Of a stretch of 64,000 bases of DNA, positions 56,933-64,000 are shown piece by piece. The stretch spans positions 768,001 to 832,000 of the forward strand of contig OY760183.1 in the NCBI GenBank assembly GCA_963663275.1, read 5' to 3'. A program made the translations under genes and the position numbers. The first letter of the stretch is position 1; each line of letters starts with the position of its first letter. Under the pieces are notes generated by a model, which was not told the origin of the DNA, did no database searches, and worked only from the letters and a program-made list of their open reading frames with translations. This DNA is from Chloroflexota bacterium. GTDB lineage: Bacteria > Chloroflexota > UBA11872 > VXOZ01.

Positions 56933-58228
56933 CTACGCCAACCCCATCCGCTTAAATGAGGCATCGACGTGGCGCAGGTGGCGGCGCGCGTCGAAGAGCG
57001 CGTCGATCTCCGCCTCGTCGAGGTGCGCCCGCACCCGCGGATCGCCTTTTAGGAGAGCGCCGAAGTCCCCGCCCGTTTCCCACGCGGCGGTGGCGTGTTC
57101 CTGCACAATGGCGTACGCCTCCTGGCGCGTCAGTCCCTTATCGATCAGGGCCAGCAGCGCCGCCTCGCTGAAGACCAGGCCGCGCGTTTGTTCGAGGTTG
57201 CGCGCCATGTTCTCCGGGTACACGCGCAGGTCGGCCATGACGCGGCTGAAGAGGTCGAGCATGTAGTCGAGGATGACGCAAGAATCGGGCAGAATAACCC
57301 GTTCGGGCGCGGAGTTGGTGATGTCGCGCTCGTGCCAGAGCGCCACGTTCTCCAGGGCCGTGAGCGCGTAGGAGCGCAGCAGGCGGGCGAGGCCGCAGAT
57401 GCGCTCGCAGCGGGCGGGGTTGCGCTTGTGGGGCATAGCGGACGACCCCACGCGCCCGCGCTCGAACGGCTCCTCCACCTCCAAGACCTCGGTGCGCTGG
57501 AGGTTGCGGATTTCAGTGGCGAACTTATCGAGTGACGCGCCGATCACCGCCAACGTGGTGACGAAGTCGGCGTGGCGGTCGCGCTGGATGATCTGCGTCG
57601 AGGTGGGCGCCACCGCGAGACCGAGCATAGCGCACACCCGGTCTTCGATTGCCGGCGGCACGTTGGCGTGGGTGCCCACCGCGCCGGAAACCTTACCCAC
57701 CGCCACCTGCGCCCGCGCCGCCGCCAGCCGCGCTCGGTTGCGGCGCATCTCGTCCACCCACACCAGCAGCTTGTAGCCGAACGTAATCGGCTCGGCCTGG
57801 ACGCCGTGAGTGCGCCCAATCTGCGGCAGATCCTTATAACGAACGGCCGCTTCTTCCAGCACCCGGCTCAGCGCGTCGATGCCCTCCAGCAGCACGTCGG
57901 CGGCGTCCCGCAAACGCAAACCGGTGGCCGTATCCTCCACGTCGTAGGAGGTCAAGCCCAGGTGGAGGAAGCGGCTCTCGTCGCCCAATTGCTCGGCGAC
58001 CGCCATGAGAAAGGCGTTCAGGTCGTGGTCGATCTCCCGCTCGATGGCCGCGATGCGTTCCAGGGACGGGTTCTGCGCCTGCCGCAGCTTGGCCATAGCG
58101 TCCGCCGGAACCTTGCCGTGCTCCGTCCACGCCTCGCACACGGCAAGTTCCACCCGGAGCCACGTGCCAAATTTGTGCTCCTCAGACCAAATCGCGCCCA
58201 TCGCCGGGCGCGTGTAGCGGGGAATCAT
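56933..58228 (-). CDS. purB: Adenylosuccinate lyase
   Basis: MIPRY, HLGLTS, GRTHG, GSSAMPHKRNP, LWHERDI. Confidence 0.95.
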   Translation of the reverse strand: MIPRYTRPAMGAIWSEEHKFGTWLRVELAVCEAWTEHGKVPADAMAKLRQAQNPSLERIAAIEREIDHDLNAFLMAVAEQLGDESRFLHLGLTSYDVEDTATGLRLRDAADVLLEGIDALSRVLEEAAVRYKDLPQIGRTHGVQAEPITFGYKLLVWVDEMRRNRARLAAARAQVAVGKVSGAVGTHANVPPAIEDRVCAMLGLAVAPTSTQIIQRDRHADFVTTLAVIGASLDKFATEIRNLQRTEVLEVEEPFERGRVGSSAMPHKRNPARCERICGLARLLRSYALTALENVALWHERDITNSAPERVILPDSCVILDYMLDLFSRVMADLRVYPENMARNLEQTRGLVFSEAALLALIDKGLTRQEAYAIVQEHATAAWETGGDFGALLKGDPRVRAHLDEAEIDALFDARRHLRHVDASFKRMGLA

Positions 58229-58358
58229 CGCTGCACGCCTAGAATCTTGAGACAATTACACGAGCGGTAGGGAATCTGCGAAACCACTTGCCATTCTAGG
58301 AGAAGGCCCGTGCCTTGTCCAACAACGACCGCCGGGCAAAAAGCTCCCTCTCCCTGGG

Positions 58359-58504
58359 CTGACTAGGGTGTGTAAATGTCATTCCGAGCGGAGCGAGGAA
58401 TCTAGAATCCTGGACTTTTGGGCCCCCTCCCTAGATTCCTCTCTCCGCTGCGCTCCGCTCGGAATGACACGTTAAGCCGATTCAAGACTGCCTACCTCTG
58501 TCAG
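58359..58504. mobile_element. Degenerate MITE, CTGAC...GTCAG family
   Basis: Imperfect TIRs; same internal GTCATTCCGAGCGGAGC palindrome; right part matches 8017-8056. Confidence 0.55.
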
Positions 58505-58722
58505 CAGCTCCCTGGTGAGAGGGGAAATTCCGGTTGTTTTCGTCCGACCTTACGGGCTTAGCAGCATTGGGCAAAGGGCACCCCGCGCCCCAATTGGCGC
58601 CAGCCTTCCCAAAATTAGCCCCCACAATCCGTAGCTTGTCCCGCACACCCGTAGACTAGCCCCACATCCGCTCGCACTGAGCCTGTCGAAGTGCGAACGG
58701 ATGGATTGCAACGCGCAATGCG

Positions 58723-59001
58723 TCACCGACCGCCGGCCATGGCGGGGATCACCGAAACCTCGTCGCCATCCGCGAGCGCGGTGTCCTTGCCCTGGAGCGT
58801 GCGCACTTCTTCCGAATTGACGTAGACGTTCAGGTAGCCGGGAATGTCGCCGTGTTCGTCGGCGATCTGCGCGCCGATGCCGGGGAAGCGCCGCTCGAGT
58901 TCCTGCAAGAGTTGCGCCACGGTCGCCGCTTCCAACTCGACCCGCGACTGGTTGCCGGTAAAGCGGCGGTACGGTGTGGGAATATAGACGTTCACACCCA
59001 T
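58723..59001 (-). CDS. MoaD/ThiS/CysO-family sulfur carrier
   Basis: VYIPTP, LNVYVN, DGDEVSVIPAMAGG followed by R. Confidence 0.9.
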   Translation of the reverse strand: MGVNVYIPTPYRRFTGNQSRVELEAATVAQLLQELERRFPGIGAQIADEHGDIPGYLNVYVNSEEVRTLQGKDTALADGDEVSVIPAMAGGR

Positions 59002-59265
59002 GGGGAGGGGCCCTCACTCACTCTTTCATGTTGGGTTACGATGCAACGGGAGAATGGTCTCATACACCATCATAAGCTATATCAGCGGCGCATCTCAACG
59101 TGCCGGCGGGTGCGCCGCGCGCGGCCCTCGCCAGGGGCGCTCCCCGCTAGGCAAGCGGCGCGCGGCAGCGGTAAGATGTAAGCGGATGTCGCTTACGTGT
59201 CCGCTCTCGCGCGGGCGCGTGTGCGCAATTAACCGTATGCCAAGACAATTCAGGAGACTCTCGCT

Positions 59266-60048
59266 ATGGCGGAAGGTAACGGGCGGCCGGAACTCTTCGA
59301 CGTGAACGTCTCGCTGGGGCCGCTGCCGCAGCGTCCGCCGGGCGCGCCGGTGGACGCTGCCAGCCTGCTGGCGCTGCTGGACGAATATGACATTGGGCGC
59401 GCGCTGGTGTCCCACACCGTCGCCAAGTGGCACCATCCAACGGACGGCAACCGGCGGCTGCTGGAGGCGATTGCCGGCGAACCGCGCCTGGCGCCCTGCT
59501 GGGTGGTGATGCCCGCCGCCACGGGCGAAGTTCCGCCGGAAACGGAACAGGTGGCCCAACTGCTGGCGGCCGGCGCGCGCGCCGCGCGGCTTTGTCCCAA
59601 GACGCACGGGCTGGTGCTGGAACCGTGGGTGATCGCGCCGCTGGCGGAGGCCCTGGCCGCGAAGCGCGTGCCGGTGCTGCTCGACTTCGACAACGCCCAC
59701 TACAGCGAACCCCGGCACTGGGACTTCATCGCCTGGCTGCTGGAGGCGTATCCCGACCTGCCGGTGATTCTCTTGCGGCAGTCCCACGCCGACTTCCGCG
59801 TGCTCTTTCCCTTGATGAACCGTTCGCCAAACCTCTACGTGGAGACCTCGTATCTGGGCGGCCACAGCGCCCTGATCGAACTGGTGGAACGGTACGGCGC
59901 GGAGCGCTTCATCTTCGGCACTGGCCTGCCGGTATTCGAACCGGCCCTGCCTATCACCACGCTCTCCTACGGCGGCCTGGACCCGGCGGCGCGCGCGGGC
60001 ATCGCGGGCAAGAGCCTGCAACGCCTCCTGGACGGCTGCCTGGTATAG
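59266..60048 (+). CDS. Amidohydrolase-2 fold protein with a degenerate metal motif
   Basis: PNLYVETS, GAERFIFGTGLP; N-terminal FDVNV instead of IDxHxH. Confidence 0.7.
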   Translation: MAEGNGRPELFDVNVSLGPLPQRPPGAPVDAASLLALLDEYDIGRALVSHTVAKWHHPTDGNRRLLEAIAGEPRLAPCWVVMPAATGEVPPETEQVAQLLAAGARAARLCPKTHGLVLEPWVIAPLAEALAAKRVPVLLDFDNAHYSEPRHWDFIAWLLEAYPDLPVILLRQSHADFRVLFPLMNRSPNLYVETSYLGGHSALIELVERYGAERFIFGTGLPVFEPALPITTLSYGGLDPAARAGIAGKSLQRLLDGCLV

Positions 60049-60257
60049 AGAACGAGCGGTGACACGTTCATGTGCCGCGTGGCGATAGATTCCCGCTATC
60101 CGGGGAACAACGGGATTTATGGCTCCTGCCGTAGCGCGGGGGCTTGTCCCCCGCTTGGGATGTAACCTACACCGCGCCGGAAGATAGATTCCGGTTTCCG
60201 CCGGAAGGACAGACGTAGGGTTAGCAGTTTCCATGGTATTGCTGGGGTAAGCGACAC

Positions 60258-60947
60258 ATGGGCAATGAAGAGCAGAACGACATCAGCAATGACTTGCACG
60301 ACGTTGCCGACGAGTTGCGGGCGATTGGGCAGACCGGGCTTTTCTACGCCCGGCGGGAGGATGACGAGTACGACGTTGCCCGCTACGAGCGGGTGTTGGC
60401 GTTGGCGGCGCGTGTGTTTGCGCTGACGGATACGCGCGCGGCGGCGGAGATTCTGGCGGTCTACAACGGCGACATCGACGTGCAGACGCCAAAAGTGGCG
60501 GCGTTTGGCGCGGTTTTCGATCCGCAGGGCCGGTTGCTGCTCATCCAACGGTCGGACAACCGGATGTGGGCGATGCCGGGCGGCATGGTGGAAGTGGGCG
60601 AGACGGCGGCCCAAGCGGCGGAACGCGAAATCTGGGAGGAAACCGGCGTGCGCGTGCGGGCTGAACGCCTGATCGGCATCTACGACAACCGCGCCTACGG
60701 CGGACGCGCGCCGTTTCAAACCTATTTGGTCGGCTTCCTGTGCGCGCACGTTGCCGGCGCGCCGCACCCCACCAGCGAAGCCCTGGACGTGGGGTATTTC
60801 CCCGAGGACGCGCTGCCGCCGCTGACGCCCGGCGCGCGCGACCGCGTGCCGCAGGCGTTCGCCTGGCAGCGCGGCGAGCGCACTGAACCGCACTTCGAAC
60901 GCGAGATTACGCTGCCGGGCGCGGCGGAGGCGCGGAGAGACGGTTAG
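60258..60947 (+). CDS. NUDIX hydrolase with N-terminal helical domain
   Basis: GGMVEVGETAAQAAEREIWEETG Nudix box; IGQTGL.Y...YD..RY, TPKV. Confidence 0.9.
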   Translation: MGNEEQNDISNDLHDVADELRAIGQTGLFYARREDDEYDVARYERVLALAARVFALTDTRAAAEILAVYNGDIDVQTPKVAAFGAVFDPQGRLLLIQRSDNRMWAMPGGMVEVGETAAQAAEREIWEETGVRVRAERLIGIYDNRAYGGRAPFQTYLVGFLCAHVAGAPHPTSEALDVGYFPEDALPPLTPGARDRVPQAFAWQRGERTEPHFEREITLPGAAEARRDG

Positions 60948-60975
60948 CGCGAGAACGTAGCGCGGGGGCTTGTCC

Positions 60976-61138
60976 CTAGTGTCGTCGCATTAACCCGATG
61001 AGAATGAAAACTACGCTCTTTTCTCCGGTAGCGCAGGTTTGTAACCTGCGTCTTCCGCAGGGTCAATCCATTCCGTCAACACTTTTTTTGTTCCGGCGGG
61101 GGACAAGCCCCCGCGCTACGTTAATGCGACAACATTAG
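60976..61138. mobile_element. MITE inserted into a REP palindrome
   Basis: TIRs CTAGTGTCGTCGCATTAAC / GTTAATGCGACAACATTAG (17/19); 9-bp direct repeat GGCTTGTCC. Confidence 0.65.
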
Positions 61139-61252
61139 GGCTTGTCCCCCGCCTCGCGGCCAGGAACGCAAACGCCATGCGGGCCTGCGCCGATGTCTTG
61201 TCCGTGGCCGCTTGCCAATGCTACAATGCAGGCAAGCCCACACTGCGCTTTC

Positions 61253-61325
<73 letters not shown>

Positions 61326-61529
61326 CCCAACAGTGCGCATAGCGAAACGCCTTGGCCGCGTGCGGGAATTTTCTAGACTCCGAGCCAAGAGGCGGGGGGC
61401 AAGCCCCCGCGCTACGGTCTGGCGAAGCGCCGAGAGGCGGGGGACAAGCCCCCGCGCTACGGTTCGGCGAAGCGGCCGACTGCAAGCGCACTATTCCTTG
61501 CGCGCACGAGGACACAAACGGCTCTATCC

Positions 61530-62312
61530 ATGCTGATTGACACCCACACCTGCATCGGTCATTGGGGGTTTCGTCCGTTGCCGTGGCGCGGGGCGGAAGG
61601 CCTCCTGCGCGCCATGGACCGCCACGGCATCGACCAGGCGTGGGTATCGTCCGCCAGCGCCATTCTCTACCGCAACGCCCACGCTGGCAACGAGGAACTC
61701 CACGCCGAGGCGCGCCAACACCGGGACCGCCTCGTGCCGTTCGCGGTCATCAATCCGACGTATGTCGATTGGGAACACGACCTTGCGGTCTGCCACGAGG
61801 AGTTCGGCTGCCGCGGCGTGCGGCTCTATCCGCCCTATCATCGCTACACCCTGCGCGATCCCGCCTGCCGCGAACTGGTGGAGGCGGCCATTGCCCGCGA
61901 TCTGGTGATTTCCGTGCCCCATTGGGTGGAGGACGACCGCGAACGCTCATGGCTCATCACCCAACCGGGCATCACGCCGGTGGCGGACATGGCGGACTTG
62001 GCGCGGGCGCATCCGGACGGACGCTTCGTCTTCCACTACGGCATTGGCTTTGAGGGGACGCTTCTCGGCCGGCGCGGCGGCGTGGAGGCCGATTACGGGC
62101 TGGACATCGCCCGGCTGCCGGTGTTCGTGAAAGAGGAGTTACCAACACTCATCGCAACCATCGGCCCGGAGCGGCTGGTCTTTGGCAGCGGCATGCCGCT
62201 CACGCCGGCCGACGTGCCGCTCTTCAAGCTGGAAGTCCTCGACGCGCCGGATGCGGTGAAGGAGCACATCCGCTGGCGCAACGCGCAGCGGCTGCTTGGT
62301 GAGCGAGACTAG
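61530..62312 (+). CDS. Amidohydrolase-2 family protein
   Basis: IDTHTC, GVRLYPPYH, GPERLVFGSGMP, NAQRLL. Confidence 0.85.
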   Translation: MLIDTHTCIGHWGFRPLPWRGAEGLLRAMDRHGIDQAWVSSASAILYRNAHAGNEELHAEARQHRDRLVPFAVINPTYVDWEHDLAVCHEEFGCRGVRLYPPYHRYTLRDPACRELVEAAIARDLVISVPHWVEDDRERSWLITQPGITPVADMADLARAHPDGRFVFHYGIGFEGTLLGRRGGVEADYGLDIARLPVFVKEELPTLIATIGPERLVFGSGMPLTPADVPLFKLEVLDAPDAVKEHIRWRNAQRLLGERD

Positions 62313-62587
62313 AGGGTGTGCGAGGAGCGTGCGCACAGCCGTTCGCCTTGAGCCTGTCGAAAGGTGAACGGCGGGTTGGTTGTGGCGCACTGTACTACCC
62401 GCTCATACTTCGACGGGCTCAGCACGAACGGGTAGTACAGTGCTGATTAGCTTTATGCGACAGTATTGGGGCTTGTCCCCCGCATCCGGCGGCGAACGTG
62501 TTGCGCGGCGTACACCGGTCCGTTAGCCCCCGGCGCGGGGTTGTCAAGAATACAAGCTCAAGCCATAGCGGCTGAAAGGTCATCGCG

Positions 62588-63361
62588 GTGGTAATCGACT
62601 GTCACGCGCATCTCTCCGGCGAGCACACCGGCCTCACGCGCATCTGGGGTTCCAGCGACGCCGCGCTCATCGCCGCCGCCGACCGGGTGGGCATCGACGT
62701 AAGCTGCGCCTCGATTCTCACCACCGCTTTGCCCGCCCCGCTGGCGGATTTCCAGGAGTGCAACCGCCAACTGGCCGCCGTCATCGAACGGTACCCCGCC
62801 AAAGTGCGCGGCTACTGCTACGTGAACCCCGGCTACACGCGGGAGGCGCTGCGGGAGATTCGCCACTACGTGGAGGAGCGCGGCTTCATCGGGATAAAAC
62901 TCTACAACGAGTACGTCTGCACCGATCCCATTCTCTATCCCATCGTCGAACTGGCGATCGAGCTTGGCGTGCCGATTCTCTACCACGCCAGCCACCAGCA
63001 CCGGCCCGTACCCGGGCAGCCCAACATCTCGGATAGCGGCGATCTGGCCGCGCTGGCCGCGCGCTACCCGGAGGCCATGCTGATCTGCGCCCACATCGGG
63101 GGCGGCGGCGACTGGGAGTGGACGATCAAAGCGGCGCGCAACACCCCGAACCTCTACCTCGACACCAGCGGCAGCGTCTTCGATAGCGGCATGGTCCAGA
63201 TGGCCGTGCGCGTCGTCGGCGCGGAGCGGGTGCTCTTCGGCTGCGACACGTCGTTCACCGCCGGCATCGGCAAACTGCGCGCCGCTTCCCTGAGTGATGA
63301 AGCGCGCGCGCTCATCATGGGCGGCAACATGGAGCGCATCCTGGCCATGCGGCGGGCCTGA
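62588..63361 (+). CDS. Amidohydrolase-2 family protein
   Basis: IDCHAH, GIKL, PILYH, AHIG, NLYLDTSG, RVLFGCD. Confidence 0.9.
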   Translation: MVIDCHAHLSGEHTGLTRIWGSSDAALIAAADRVGIDVSCASILTTALPAPLADFQECNRQLAAVIERYPAKVRGYCYVNPGYTREALREIRHYVEERGFIGIKLYNEYVCTDPILYPIVELAIELGVPILYHASHQHRPVPGQPNISDSGDLAALAARYPEAMLICAHIGGGGDWEWTIKAARNTPNLYLDTSGSVFDSGMVQMAVRVVGAERVLFGCDTSFTAGIGKLRAASLSDEARALIMGGNMERILAMRRA

Positions 63362-63471
63362 CGGCGCGGCGAGGTCGTACCGTTGGGCACAAACGACCGT
63401 AGCGCGGCGCGCAAACCTCGCGGCCTTCCGCCGACGCCTGCCTCAATCTCAATGCCGTTCATTATCTTGCG

Positions 63472-63501
63472 TTGACAGTAGGAAATAGTGAGGAGTACAC
63501 T
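63472..63501 (+). promoter_or_regulatory. sigma70-like promoter
   Basis: TTGACA, 18 nt, TACACT. Confidence 0.55.
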
Positions 63502-63582
63502 CTTTCCAGTAGCGGGAGCAGGCTGAGGTAAAGGCGAAGGCGCTCCCGAGGAGTGAGTAGCGGCACATTGAGGAGAGCAGAG

Positions 63583-64000
63583 ATGCAGAACGTACAACCC
63601 TTTACCAGACGTAGATTGCTGGGCGCGTCGGCGCTGGGTTCCGCCGGGCTGGTCCTGGCCGCCTGCGGCCAGGTGCAGACCACGGGAGCGCCGATGGAGC
63701 AGGACGCGGAGGCGCCGAAAGAGGAAGCCGAGCAGCCGCAGTTCGTGGAGCGCGCGCCGGTCATCGCGTTGCTGATCAGCCAGCGCGAGGACACGATCGC
63801 CAAGACCGCGGCCACGCTGGAGCTTTTCGATACGGAACATCCCGAAGTCAACATTGCCTGGAAGTTGGGCTACCCGCCCCGCGAGTTGCCGCCGCTGGTA
63901 GCGGCCGGCTCGCCGCCGGACGTCTGCTGGTGGGGCGTGGCGCCGCACCAGGTTGCGGACATGGTCAAGGACCACCGCCCCATTCTGGCGGCGCACGGCG
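63583..64000 (+). CDS. Tat-exported lipoprotein, probable ABC solute-binding protein (partial, runs off the window)
   Basis: MQNVQPFTRRRLLG...LVLAAC; later HPEVNI and VAAGSPPDV; AGGAG SD; absent from the ORF track because it has no stop. Confidence 0.8.
   Translation, partial: MQNVQPFTRRRLLGASALGSAGLVLAACGQVQTTGAPMEQDAEAPKEEAEQPQFVERAPVIALLISQREDTIAKTAATLELFDTEHPEVNIAWKLGYPPRELPPLVAAGSPPDVCWWGVAPHQVADMVKDHRPILAAHG

Noticed and set aside
54795-58228. VOC gene between purB and purC as a mobile insertion
   Set aside because: Flanked only by common REPs with no TIR or TSD; ordinary gene shuffling explains it

Overview
GC-rich bacterial window. The Tat lipoprotein, PT-rich secreted proteins, FN3/cadherin giants and dense REP/MITE repeats suggest Chloroflexota, possibly a marine-sponge-type symbiont (inference). 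Left: tRNA-Val, an NCS2 permease with an extra C-terminal domain, two GNATs coupled to a lipoprotein thioester alpha-2-macroglobulin with animal-type motifs (GCGEQ, FPETW), and a SulP transporter. Centre (about 10.4-36.3 kb): three tandem cassettes. Each has 10-bp-phased T-tracts, a sigma70-like promoter, a ~530-nt 5' leader with a conserved multi-stem RNA structure I cannot assign to a known family, and a 2300-2950 aa FN3/cadherin/Ig surface protein ending in a shared four-Cys domain, then a hairpin. This leader-plus-adhesin unit is the best candidate for an undescribed system. Right: EF-G II, a putative defence island (Vsr-C5 methyltransferase fusion, DUF4928-like partner, dual-OB protein, two DUF488), SodC, a glycosylation cluster, purC/purB, a CysO-like carrier, three amidohydrolases, tRNA-Lys and a truncated Tat solute-binding protein. 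All calls come from motif reading by eye; no database searches were run.
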